Shown piece by piece: positions 44,713 through 55,200 of a stretch of DNA of 64,000 bases (positions are counted from its first letter, which is position 1; each line of letters opens with the position of its first letter). Position numbers and translations under genes: made by a program. Source of the DNA: a virus; the IMG/VR virus record IMGVR_UViG_3300036772_000425, positions 10,924 to 74,923 of that record, one strand, 5' to 3'. Below the pieces are notes generated by a model. It worked only from the letters and a program-made list of their open reading frames with translations. It searched no databases and was not told where the DNA came from.

Positions 44713-45512
44713 TGTTCAGAAGGAAGAAACTAAACGGGCCAGTGTCACCTGCAAAGAAGGCACCAGCTCCGGCAGAAACACTGCCCGAAAAACCGCTGAC
44801 CCCCGAGGAGAAGGCCAAGGCAAAGGCCGCTCGGATGTACTTCAATGCCAACACCCAGGCGGCAATTGTTGCCTACCAGGTGGCAGCAGACGACAGGAAG
44901 CTACGTGAAAAGCTCTATGTCAAAGAGATCCTGCCTGCCTTCTCAAAGCTTGTTGAAAACCTGATCAACATCCACAAGTTCACCAGTCTGCACGACAGCT
45001 ACGATGATCTGAAGAACGATTGCGTCAATTTCCTCTTCGAAACCATCGGAAAATTCGATGGGAACAGGGGAACCAACGCCTTCTCGTACTTCAACGTGGT
45101 CGCAAAGAACTGGCTGATCATCAGGACAAAGCAGAAAAGTCAGAGGATCAAGCGCAGCGTCAGTCTTGACGATCCCGATTCGTTGTCAGCGCAGGAACAC
45201 AGGCTCATCGAGGATCACTGCACCATCCCAGGCCAGGATCAGGAGCTGGAGAATGCCTCCACCGCCCGCAACATCGTTGAGATGTTGTATGAGATCCGGA
45301 CCAAGTCCAAGACAGAGAATGAACTGTCCTGCATCAACAGCATCATCACCATCTTCGAAAACATCGATGACATTGACCTGCTGAACAAGAGCGCCATTCG
45401 CCTCTACATGCACGAGCTCAGTGGGTTGAGTCCCAAGCAGCTCACCACCACCATGCAAGCGCTGAAACGTCACTACCGTCGGATGAAGCTGGATCCGAAC
45501 TTCAAGCTCTGA
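44709..45512 (+). CDS. 55: Late-transcription sigma factor (T4 gp55-like)
   Basis: ...AAIVAYQVAADDRKLREKLYVKEILPAFSKLVENLINIHKF...DCVNFLFETIGKFDGNRGTNAFSYFNVVAKNWLI fits gp55-family architecture. Sits immediately upstream of the baseplate module. Confidence 0.65.
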   Translation: MMFRRKKLNGPVSPAKKAPAPAETLPEKPLTPEEKAKAKAARMYFNANTQAAIVAYQVAADDRKLREKLYVKEILPAFSKLVENLINIHKFTSLHDSYDDLKNDCVNFLFETIGKFDGNRGTNAFSYFNVVAKNWLIIRTKQKSQRIKRSVSLDDPDSLSAQEHRLIEDHCTIPGQDQELENASTARNIVEMLYEIRTKSKTENELSCINSIITIFENIDDIDLLNKSAIRLYMHELSGLSPKQLTTTMQALKRHYRRMKLDPNFKL

Positions 45513-45520
45513 GAACCCAA

Positions 45521-45892
45521 ATGACCAGTGACATCGAAAAGATCGCGGAGGTCAACGAACGCTCGATCGAGCAGAGAATCCAGGATTTCGGAGAACTGCT
45601 CGCAAGCATCGAATCGCTGGACGACAAAAAACGTCAGCTGTGGCGCGAGATCTACGAGAATGCAATTTCTGACAGGCAGAATTCCTACGTCATGTTCAGC
45701 AAGCTCGTCAGGATCGTTGAGGACAAATCGACAGAACATGCGGTGCACGGACGAACCATCGCCACGTTCCTGGAGAGGATGTCAAAGTCGAATGATCAGC
45801 TCATCAAGCTGGCGGAACTGATCGCAAAGGCTCAACGCAGCGACGAAGAAATCAACGCTGACGACATGTTCGATCAGATCAAGGGTCGTTGA
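45521..45892 (+). CDS. Hypothetical acidic coiled-coil protein (possible late-transcription accessory)
   Basis: 123 aa, next to the gp55-like gene. Not assignable from motifs. Confidence 0.4.
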   Translation: MTSDIEKIAEVNERSIEQRIQDFGELLASIESLDDKKRQLWREIYENAISDRQNSYVMFSKLVRIVEDKSTEHAVHGRTIATFLERMSKSNDQLIKLAELIAKAQRSDEEINADDMFDQIKGR

Positions 45893-45931
45893 TCCGTTTC
45901 ACGTGGTACGTAGCTTCGAAGGAACCGCCCC

Positions 45932-47428
45932 ATGGCAGGACCCTACGATCAGCTTGATACACGGCACATCTCTGAGGGACGTGCTGAGAACGTACTGCAT
46001 GAACGTGCGATCTACGATACCACACGTAGCTCCGTACCTCCCAGCTTCTACCGGTACATCGTCCTTGAGGTGATCAGCGATCCTGCAACGCTGGACAAGG
46101 CAAAGTTATCTCACTATGAGAACGACCTGGGTGTGGCAAACATCCAGTACGCGTCTGTGGCACCCAGGAACACCATCATCGCACGGAAGGTCCTTCACGC
46201 CGGCAGTTCAGCCGCCGAGAAGGTGATGGTCCTGTACCCGTTCTTCCCACCACACCTTGCATTCCCAGCGAAACCGGGAGAGCATGTTTGGGTGATGTTC
46301 GAGAATCCGCAGGCCAACGAACACGCGTTGGGCTACTGGATGTGCAGGATCGTTCAACCGAACTTCGTGGAGGACGTGAACTACACCCACGCCGACAGGC
46401 AGTTCGACTACAGCTTCCTGCCCGGTTTGAGCGATGTTTTCGAGGGCACGGACGCCGCGGTGTACGAATTCCGGAATGGAGCTGTCGATTCTCAGGATGG
46501 ACAGCGCTACGCGATCGTGGACACCGTGTCGTTGCCGAGCGGTGACAACATAGAGACCGCGTACTCCGATCTGATGACGAACACGGATGCGTCAAAAATC
46601 ATCAACTACGAGTCCGTGCCCAGGTACAGGAAACGTCCCGCAGACGTGGCCCTTGAGGGCAGCAACAACACGTTGATCGTGATGGGAACTGACAGGACGG
46701 GAGCCGTCTCCGATTACGATGACGATCCGAACCTTGGTAAGATCCCAAAACCCTTCGATGCCGACATCCAGGGTGGCCTCGCCGGTTCGATCGACATAGT
46801 CTCGGGTCGGGGGCAGACAACCGACACGGGCGGCACTCCCGTGCAGAATCAGCCGCTGAACAACTCAGAGCTCGGCAAGGATGGTAAGACCATCCAGGCG
46901 AACGAAGGCGACGTTGATCTGGTCAATGACAGGTCCAGGGTGCTCGTCTCCCAAAAGACGAAACCTGATACGAACTTCCAGCTCTCACCCGTCGTCTCCA
47001 AGCACGGATCTGCCTCTGCACCAAGCGACGACGATGGTTACGGTGCCATCGTCATCAAAACCGACAAGATCAGGTTGATCGCACGGCAGGATGTTGTGAT
47101 CATGGTCGTTTCTGCTGATGCAACGCAGCCGCCGGCGAAGGACGGAAACAACATCAAGGATCCTGCCACCGGTGGCACCGCACTCGATCCGGATCAATGT
47201 GCATCCATCATCGTACGCTCGAACGGGGACATCGTCTTCACCCCTGCAAAGACAGGTGTGATCAAGTTGGGCGGTGACGATGCAGGCCTCGCCGTTCTGT
47301 GCACCGATCAGGGCGGCGCGTCCAACGGTCAGGTGTCTGCATCACCCATCATCGATACCATGGGCGGTGGGCAGGGTGGTTCTGGCGGTTTGAACGGTAC
47401 GTTCGCGACGAAAGTCTTGCTGAAGTGA
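45932..47428 (+). CDS. Baseplate/tail structural protein (hub- or spike-associated; gp5/gp27-class by position)
   Basis: 498 aa. AAGGAA RBS. Precedes the gp25/gp6 genes. Gly-rich C-terminus. Assignment is by synteny only. Confidence 0.45.
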   Translation: MAGPYDQLDTRHISEGRAENVLHERAIYDTTRSSVPPSFYRYIVLEVISDPATLDKAKLSHYENDLGVANIQYASVAPRNTIIARKVLHAGSSAAEKVMVLYPFFPPHLAFPAKPGEHVWVMFENPQANEHALGYWMCRIVQPNFVEDVNYTHADRQFDYSFLPGLSDVFEGTDAAVYEFRNGAVDSQDGQRYAIVDTVSLPSGDNIETAYSDLMTNTDASKIINYESVPRYRKRPADVALEGSNNTLIVMGTDRTGAVSDYDDDPNLGKIPKPFDADIQGGLAGSIDIVSGRGQTTDTGGTPVQNQPLNNSELGKDGKTIQANEGDVDLVNDRSRVLVSQKTKPDTNFQLSPVVSKHGSASAPSDDDGYGAIVIKTDKIRLIARQDVVIMVVSADATQPPAKDGNNIKDPATGGTALDPDQCASIIVRSNGDIVFTPAKTGVIKLGGDDAGLAVLCTDQGGASNGQVSASPIIDTMGGGQGGSGGLNGTFATKVLLK

Positions 47429-47432
47429 TCCG

Positions 47433-48350
47433 ATGACATCACCGTACGGTCCCATCCTCACCGGCGTCGGCCTGCTTCAGAACGGACAGCTGACCTCTGT
47501 GGCCCGCGCATCCTACGTGGAAGAGGTCGTTGCGCTCCTTGCAACCGGCAACGCCAACGGCAAGGGAGGTAGTCCCTCAACCCAGATCTTCAGCAGCCTG
47601 CTGCCGCTGCCACCCACTCCCGGGCCAAACATTGCAAACCTGACAACGTTGTCTGTCGAACCACTGTTCTGGTTCGGTCCGGATCCTATCGCGGCGCTCA
47701 TAGCCTCGACGCTCAGGGATCCGAAGACGTCCCCCATCTGGAACGCCGTCTTCCCAGACCTGCTGTACGGGAAGACGGCGGTGGCCCTCGATGCGAACGG
47801 TTCAACGCCGTTGTTCCCGTTGTTCGATGCTTCCTTGCTGCTACCTTCGCTCGATGTTTTTCCGATCCCGCTGCCCGACCTGGCGGTGAAGCTGAGCCTG
47901 CTGCCACCCTCATTGCTGATCAAGCTGGCTGATCTGGGTATCCAGCTGCAGCTACCGTCGATCCCGTTGCCTCCGATCCCACCGCAGCTGCCGGACATCG
48001 CGTTGCCCATCCCTCCGTTGATCCTGTTGGACTTGATGATCGGCCTGATCAAGCTGCCGTTCGACCTGCTGCTGAAGCTGCTGCTACCACCCGACATCGG
48101 ATTGGTCATCAAGCTGCTGGCCTTGGACCTGTCAGCGATCTTTGACCTGGCATTTGGGATCGTTTTCCAACTGCTTGTTGACCTGAACCTGTTGTTGATC
48201 GTGCCGAAGGTTTTCGTTGCCAGCCTGCTGATCTACCTGAAGAACGTTGTTGCGATGGTCGCTGTTGACATCGTCGGCATGTTGGTGGGAGCTGGCGGCG
48301 CGCTCACCAAGTTGGTGGCTGCTGGGACTGGGTTGATCGCGCCGGTCTGA
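47433..48350 (+). CDS. Leu/Pro-rich low-complexity structural protein
   Basis: 305 aa with LPSIPLPPIPPQLPDIALPIPPLILLDLMIGLIKLPFDLLLKLLLPPDIGLVIKLLALDL. Collinear with the baseplate operon. The antisense frame is also open (compositional artefact). Confidence 0.45.
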   Translation: MTSPYGPILTGVGLLQNGQLTSVARASYVEEVVALLATGNANGKGGSPSTQIFSSLLPLPPTPGPNIANLTTLSVEPLFWFGPDPIAALIASTLRDPKTSPIWNAVFPDLLYGKTAVALDANGSTPLFPLFDASLLLPSLDVFPIPLPDLAVKLSLLPPSLLIKLADLGIQLQLPSIPLPPIPPQLPDIALPIPPLILLDLMIGLIKLPFDLLLKLLLPPDIGLVIKLLALDLSAIFDLAFGIVFQLLVDLNLLLIVPKVFVASLLIYLKNVVAMVAVDIVGMLVGAGGALTKLVAAGTGLIAPV

Positions 48351-48364
48351 ACCCTAGTTACGAC

Positions 48365-48829
48365 ATGGGAGCTTTTTCGTTCAAATCATCGGGCACCACC
48401 GCCGCGGCCGCGGCGGTCAACCAGCTCGTTGTCACTCCCACACCGATCGGGATCAGGACACCCATGTCGCTCGGCGACGATGATATCCTCACGGTGAGCT
48501 ACGATTACTCGACACAGCTCACCGACAACCTACGCAACCTGATCCTGACGAACTGGGGTGAGAGGCTCGGTCACTATGACTTCGGAGCGAACCTACGTCC
48601 GCTGCTGACCAACTTTGTCTCACTGGACGATTTTGATTCGCAGGCGATCAGCAGGATCAGGACGGCAGTGTCCCGTTGGATGCCCTACATCGACCTGCAA
48701 GGGTTCGAATCGGCGGTTGACAGGCACAATGTCAAGAACACAGCCGTGATCAAGCTCACGATCACCTTCAACATCCCGAACCTGAAGGTGAAGGGCAGGA
48801 AATTGGTCGTCGTCCTCTACGTGATCTGA
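48365..48829 (+). CDS. 25: Baseplate wedge subunit, gp25/GPW-like
   Basis: 154 aa. ...NLILTNWGERLGHYDFGANLRPLL...AISRIRTAVSRWMPYIDL is the gp25/GPW lysozyme-like family pattern (IE.AL.RWEPRI). Directly upstream of the gp6 homolog. Confidence 0.7.
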   Translation: MGAFSFKSSGTTAAAAAVNQLVVTPTPIGIRTPMSLGDDDILTVSYDYSTQLTDNLRNLILTNWGERLGHYDFGANLRPLLTNFVSLDDFDSQAISRIRTAVSRWMPYIDLQGFESAVDRHNVKNTAVIKLTITFNIPNLKVKGRKLVVVLYVI

Positions 48830-48876
48830 TTTGCAACGGTCAACCGCTGCGGTCACGGAAGTAGTTAGGGTTGACC

Positions 48877-50721
48877 ATGACCCTACAGCGCGATGACCTG
48901 AAGGCGGTGCGTCAGAGGAAGTACCTCGCGCGTGACTTTGACGGGCTCCGAGCAAATTTGCTCGAGTACGCTAGGGCATACTACCCTGACAGGCTGCGCG
49001 ATTTTTCTGAGAGCAGCCTGGGAGGGCTGTACCTGGACCTTGCGGCCTACGTGGGCGACAACCTGTCATTCTACCTGGATCACCAGTACGGAGAGCTGAA
49101 CCCAGACACGGCGGTGGAACCCGTCAACATCCAGCGTTCACTTCGGGCGGCGGGCGTGCCTATCGTGGGAGCCTCACCGGCCATCGTTCCGTTGACGATC
49201 TACGTAGAGGTGCCCGCCGTCAGCTTGAACGGTGTGATCCGACCCAACCCTGATGGTCTGCCCGTGGTCAAGTCGAACTCGAGCTTCACATCGAACAGTG
49301 GGGTGGTGTTCAACCTCTTGGAGGACATCGATTTCACCTCGATCAGATCTGATGGGACGCTGCAGGCGGACGTCAAGATCGGCAGCAAGACCAGCTCCGG
49401 AATCCCTGCGACTTTTGTCCTTGCTCTGTCGGGGATGTGCATCAGCGGTGTTGAGGTCACAGAGAACATCCCGATCGGTAACAACTTCATCCCCTTCAAC
49501 AAGGTGACGTTGGGTCACTCGAACGTATCAGACATCATCACCCTGAACGATCTGTTGGGCAACGTGTACTACGAGGTGGGAGCTCTCACGCATGACGTGG
49601 TGTACCAGAACGTGCTCAACACGGCCAGTGACAATGACATCGTACCCGAAACGCTCAAGGTGATCCCGGCCCCGTACCGGTACGTAACGAACACCGATCT
49701 GACCAGCCGGAAGACGACGCTGACCTTCGGCGGCGGCAACGCGGCGACGTTGGATGATGATATCATCCCGGATCCATCGAGCTTTGCCATCTCCTTCCCA
49801 TACACCAAAACCTTCTCCAGGATCCCGGTCAATCCACAGCAGCTGCTTGCGACCACCACCTTGGGTGTCGCAGCAGCGAACACGACATACCAGGTCACCT
49901 ACCGCTTCGGAGGCGGTCTCAACCACAACGTGGATCTGAACCAGATCCAGTCTGCAAGGAACCTGAACCTTCTCTTCCCCGGGAACCCAACGCCCCAGAT
50001 GGCAGGTGCCGTGCGCAGCAGCCTGGAGGTCAACAACAAGGTCAGGGCATCGGGCGGCGAGGACGCACCTGGGATCGACGACCTGAAATCGTTGATCCCA
50101 TCCATCAAGAACTCACAGGAAAGGATTGTCACCCGGGAGGATCTGCTTGCACGTGTATACACGATCCCGGCGAACTTCGGGAGGGTCTTCAGAGCAGCGA
50201 TCAAGTCCAATCCGAACAATCCGCTATCGACACAGCTTTACATCGTGTCACGTGACAAGGACAAGAGGTTGATCACCTCGCCTGACACCCTGAAAAAGAA
50301 CCTCGTCAAGTACCTCAACCCGTACCGGATGATCAGCGATGCGATCGATGTCCTGGATGCCCGGATCATCAACGTGAAATTCAGCTTTGACGTGTTGATA
50401 GACCCGACCCTCAACAGGGCAGTGGTCATCCAGAACATCCTGACGAAGCTTCAGAAGTACTTCGATGTTTCGAACTTCAACATAGATCAACCGATCGTGA
50501 TGTCGGACCTCTCCAACTTGATCTTCCAGGTGCCAGGGATCATCTCGATCAACCTGATCAGGTTCGACAACCTGTCTGGTGTCGTGAAGAACCAGAAGTA
50601 CAGCAATGTCACGTACGACGTCCAGGCGAACACTCGGTTGGGCCTGATCTTCCCACCCACGGGTGGAATTTTCGAGGTCAGGTACCCAGAGACAGACCTG
50701 ATCGGTAAGGCTTCCGTCTGA
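48877..50721 (+). CDS. 6: Baseplate wedge protein, gp6/Baseplate_J-like
   Basis: MTLQRDDLKAVRQRKYLARDFDGLRANLLEYARAYYPDRLRDFSESSLGGLYLDLAAYVGDNLSFYLD, a Baseplate_J N-terminal signature. ~614 aa. Confidence 0.75.
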   Translation: MTLQRDDLKAVRQRKYLARDFDGLRANLLEYARAYYPDRLRDFSESSLGGLYLDLAAYVGDNLSFYLDHQYGELNPDTAVEPVNIQRSLRAAGVPIVGASPAIVPLTIYVEVPAVSLNGVIRPNPDGLPVVKSNSSFTSNSGVVFNLLEDIDFTSIRSDGTLQADVKIGSKTSSGIPATFVLALSGMCISGVEVTENIPIGNNFIPFNKVTLGHSNVSDIITLNDLLGNVYYEVGALTHDVVYQNVLNTASDNDIVPETLKVIPAPYRYVTNTDLTSRKTTLTFGGGNAATLDDDIIPDPSSFAISFPYTKTFSRIPVNPQQLLATTTLGVAAANTTYQVTYRFGGGLNHNVDLNQIQSARNLNLLFPGNPTPQMAGAVRSSLEVNNKVRASGGEDAPGIDDLKSLIPSIKNSQERIVTREDLLARVYTIPANFGRVFRAAIKSNPNNPLSTQLYIVSRDKDKRLITSPDTLKKNLVKYLNPYRMISDAIDVLDARIINVKFSFDVLIDPTLNRAVVIQNILTKLQKYFDVSNFNIDQPIVMSDLSNLIFQVPGIISINLIRFDNLSGVVKNQKYSNVTYDVQANTRLGLIFPPTGGIFEVRYPETDLIGKASV

Positions 50722-50736
50722 TCCTGCAGGTGCACC

Positions 50737-52251
50737 ATGTTCAAGATCCTTCGTTCAGTCTCTGACGCATACATCACCAACCGGTACATCAACGGAATTT
50801 CACAGGTTGGTTCGAACCTCGGCGGCGCAGGTTCGTTGGATCTGTTCAAGCTCTACGGCATCACCACCACCAAATCAGGCACCTCAGAGACGCCGAACCT
50901 GGAGCTCAGCCGGCTTCTGATCAAGTTCGACCTGGGACCTTTGCGGCAGCTCGTCAGCTCGGGCCAGGTGGATCCAACAAATCCATCGTTCACGTGCCGG
51001 TTGCAGCTGTCTGACGTATACGGAGGTCAACCCACTCCCGATAACTTCAACGTCACCGTGCACCCGCTTTCAAGGAGCTTCGATGAAGGTCGCGGTCGTG
51101 ATGTGGTCCTGTATTCCGACTACGATGCCTGCAATTGGTTGACATCATCATGGGCATCGGGTGCCTGGTTCGTCTCGGGTTGCTCGGGAGCAGGAGACGA
51201 TTCAGCACCGTGCGATTACCTGACCGCATCGCACGGTGTTTCTATGGTGACAACGCAGTTCTTCCAGACGGGCGAAGAAGATCTGAACATAGATGTGACC
51301 GCGGCGGTGTCAGGGACATTGGTGGGTGGGAACCCGGATTGCGGTTTTCTGATCACGTACGATGCATCGCTTGAAACTGACCAACACACGTACTTTGTCA
51401 AGCGCTTCGCCAGCAGGACATGCTACAACGAAGATCTCAGGCCACGGTTGGTGATCGGATTCGATGATTCCGTGATCGATGATACGGGAGACATGTACCT
51501 GGACACCGACAGCACCATTTTCCTCAGGAACTACTCCAGGTCGGTGCCGACGAACCTCACATCAGGGACGACAGCGATCACAGGGCAGGGTTGCCTGCAG
51601 CTGCAGCTGGTGACCCAAGTTTCTGGTGGACTGCGTTCCCTGTATTTCACAGGCTCCCAGCACTACTCCGGTTTGAACCCTCAGGTCGGGATCTACTCAG
51701 CCAGCATCAACATCCCGGACGATGCCTCGTTGCGCGAGCAGATGGACTTCTCCGGATCGATCACCGTCATCCCCGTGTGGGGTTCGCTCGATGGTTCGGT
51801 GTCGTACATCACCGGTTCATCGTTCAAAGTTCGTCCGCCCCAGCGTGGCGGGGTGATCGCTGGGGCTCAGACCCTTCGGATCACGACGGTGGGCCTGGGC
51901 GATCGGTTGACGGCGACTGCCTTCCCAGTGGTCAGGATCAACATCTTTGATGATTCATCTCCCTACGTCGCTAGCGCAGCTCGGCTTCCCATCCTCCTGC
52001 CCGGTGAGGTGATCAGGGACGTATACTACCAGATCAGGGACGCTGTCACCAACCGGGTGATCATCCCGTTCGACACCGTTGGAAATTCAACAAGAATTTC
52101 AAGCGACCCTGACGGGATGTTCTTCAGGTTGGACGCTAGCAACCTCACCGCTGGACGAAGCTACACGATCGACGCTCTGATCAAGAGCGGTGATGATGTC
52201 AGGATCTTTGAATCAGTATCGCCGCAGTTCAAGGTGGCGAGCACAGCGTAG
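50737..52251 (+). CDS. Virion structural protein (baseplate/tail module)
   Basis: 504 aa, collinear with the baseplate genes. Confidence 0.45.
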   Translation: MFKILRSVSDAYITNRYINGISQVGSNLGGAGSLDLFKLYGITTTKSGTSETPNLELSRLLIKFDLGPLRQLVSSGQVDPTNPSFTCRLQLSDVYGGQPTPDNFNVTVHPLSRSFDEGRGRDVVLYSDYDACNWLTSSWASGAWFVSGCSGAGDDSAPCDYLTASHGVSMVTTQFFQTGEEDLNIDVTAAVSGTLVGGNPDCGFLITYDASLETDQHTYFVKRFASRTCYNEDLRPRLVIGFDDSVIDDTGDMYLDTDSTIFLRNYSRSVPTNLTSGTTAITGQGCLQLQLVTQVSGGLRSLYFTGSQHYSGLNPQVGIYSASINIPDDASLREQMDFSGSITVIPVWGSLDGSVSYITGSSFKVRPPQRGGVIAGAQTLRITTVGLGDRLTATAFPVVRINIFDDSSPYVASAARLPILLPGEVIRDVYYQIRDAVTNRVIIPFDTVGNSTRISSDPDGMFFRLDASNLTAGRSYTIDALIKSGDDVRIFESVSPQFKVASTA

Positions 52252-52272
52252 AGTCCGATACGTAGGGTTGGG

Positions 52273-55200
52273 ATGGCGATCACAAAACCAACGCAGTACG
52301 TTCCGTCATTCCTTCGGACGGCACTGTCCGGCAGTCGACCCATCGTTCTGACATGGAGCGACGTCGCGGACACCAACATCGCGTCGACTTCGTCGTTCAT
52401 GTACGACCCGGTCTCCTCACCGCTGAAGTCAACCCAACAGCTCAACGTTGATTGGTCCAGGTTTGAGAACCACACCTTCTTCATGAGCGCCGAGGCAAAG
52501 GTGAACCTGGCCTTCGAGAACATCATCAACGGATTTCCGTTCGATGGGGCCAGAAAGGAAACAGAATTCTTCTTCGACCGACTGTCGGGTTTCGATCGTT
52601 GGGTCTTCGACAACTTCCCCCGGTACCGGGGAGCCCTGGGTTTCGTCGGCTGCACCATGGGCGGTTCGGGGACGCAGGCAGAAACAGGAACCTTCATCAA
52701 GGTGGAGAACAAGGCGGGCGCACTGTTCCCTGAACTATCGCGCCGTAACACAGCACAACCGATCCTCAATCCCACAGGATCACAGTCCATGACGGTGGAG
52801 ATGCAGCTGTACCTGCCCAACATCGCGAACGACGTGCAAACTGTCGTCCAGATGATGTCAGGATCCACCCAGGGATTTGCATTCCAACTTCTGCCCACTG
52901 TGTCCACCTCGTCATGCACCGGACAGTTCAGCGTGGTTTCAGGGACATTCTGGATGAGCGCTCCCATGACGCTCACCAAGGGGAAATTCAACCATGTTGC
53001 GCTCTCGTTCGATCGAGATGACGGTACCAGCTACCTTCAGACGTACCTGGATTCCGTGCCGGTCACAGAATCTCCGACACAGGTGGACGTGGGTGACATG
53101 GAGATCGATGCATCGCAGCTGCTCATCGGCAGCGGAACGAGCGTCACCCTGGGTTTCACGCCCGTCACCCCCACTTCCACCCTGTCAGGCAGCATCGATG
53201 AGCTACGAATCTACCATTCCGTCCGGACACCAGCACAGCAGGCTGCGTACGCAGCAAAATCAGTTTTCTCAACACGCGATCTGATCCTGTACTACAGGTT
53301 CAACGAACCTCCGCCACCCATCACTGTGTTGTCGACGGATGCTACGAACGCAATCGTTCTCGATTCTAGCGGTAATTCGTTGCACGCCCTGATCAGCAAC
53401 TTCACCGGCAGCCTACGCCTCGATGCATCCATCGATCCGCTCAATCCCATGGTGTACGAAAGTCCGAACACCACACCTGTGTTGTTTCCCGCGTACCCAC
53501 AGACCATCGATTTCAATGCTGAACTTTTGATGAGCGCATCTGAGTACGATGCAGCCAATCCGAACCTGATCACCCGCATGATCCCGCAGCACTACCTTCT
53601 CGAAGGTGCGTTGCAGGATGGTTTCAGCGAGCCCGAAGGTTCCATCGGCGATCCGTACGCCGGATCCGGAATCCCGGGTCAGGGCAAGATGGGGAACGTT
53701 CAGATCATGGTTTCGTTGCTCTACATTTGGGCACGTTTCTTTGATGATATCAAGCTGTTCGTCGACTCCTTCAGCACCCTTCGAACTGTCGATTACGACA
53801 CCAACGAAACGATCCCAGACAGTTTCCTCCTTGATCTTGTGAAGGATTACGGGTTCAACCTGCCACCCCTCTTCAACGATTCGACCATCGACCAGTACAT
53901 CCACGGTGATAACATCGATGCACAGAGCTACAGTTCTGGGCTGCAATCTCTCAAGTCCGTTCAGAATACGTTGCTCCGGCGCGTGCTCGTCAACCTTCCA
54001 GATGTTCTCAAGTCGAAGGGCACGCAGCACAGCATCAAGTCATTCCTGCGTGCGGTCGGCATCGATCCGGGCAACAATGTTCGGATCAGGGAGTACGGAG
54101 GTCCCACAACGCAGCAGCTCGCCTTCTCTCGTGAGAGCAAGCTGGAGCAAGGAGCCATGGTCCAGTTCATCAGCTCTAGCCTGGTGGTGTCACCGTTCCT
54201 TTCTGCATCCAGAACGGAACCCGGGTTCCCCTACCCGACGTCAACCCCATCGGATGGCCTGCTGACGTCTGGTTCATGGACGGTGGAGGCCATCGTCAAG
54301 TACACCCCCGCGTCCAGGGCCATGATGCAGTCAGCGACCCAATCGTTGATGAGGATGTGTGTGACCGGATCGACCACCGGTAGCGCCTTTGGGAACTCTG
54401 GTCTGATCGCGAACCTGGTCGCTGTTTCATCGTCCTTCGACCCCAGGCTGTCGCTCTACATCAGGCCCGGTGATGTTTCGACATCGCCACTGCTGAGGTT
54501 GGACGTTGCCGCCCCCATCCCAGGGATTTTCAACAACGATCAATGGAACGTTAGCTTCGGATGCCGGCGCGGCGACGACGGTCTGAACAGCGTGGTGTCA
54601 TCATCGTACTTCCTCAGGCTTGCGTACCAGAACGCAGGCCAGCTTGAGGTGCTGCAGGCAACGTCCAGCTACTTCCTGGAGAATCCGACCGGCACGAACG
54701 TGCTGCGTTCCCTGGGAGCCAACAACCGATCGGGCAGCTACCTCTCCGTTGGTTCAGATCAATCGTTCTCTGCCGGTTCGGGGAACCAGTTCCTGCACCT
54801 CAACGATATCTCGAGTGTGCCTGATGAAGCACGAAACACAGATTTCAGCGGGCGCATGTCCAACGTTAGGTTCTGGTCAAAGGCTGTGACTGACATCGAA
54901 TGGAAGGAACACGTCAGGAACTTCAACTCGATCGGCGTTGAGGATCCGACGGTCAACTGGAACTACGTGACGGTCCGGACAGGCTCGTTCGGCCGGCTCA
55001 GGATGAATTCATGCATCCGGCAGGACACGAAGCGCGCCAACGCGACGGCGAGCATGGGACCACTGGGAGACATCACCTTCATCGATTTCAGCGAATCTGG
55101 GTTCCACCTGACAGGCAGCGGTTTCCCGATCGACATGGATTCAGTGGTGGGTGATGTCTTCGACCTCAGCTACATCAGCCCGTACTTCGATGAAGCATCC

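Noticed and set aside
47513-48112. 199-aa minus-strand ORF within the baseplate module
   Set aside because: Mirror image of the Leu/Pro-rich plus-strand gene. The open antisense frame follows from repetitive composition.
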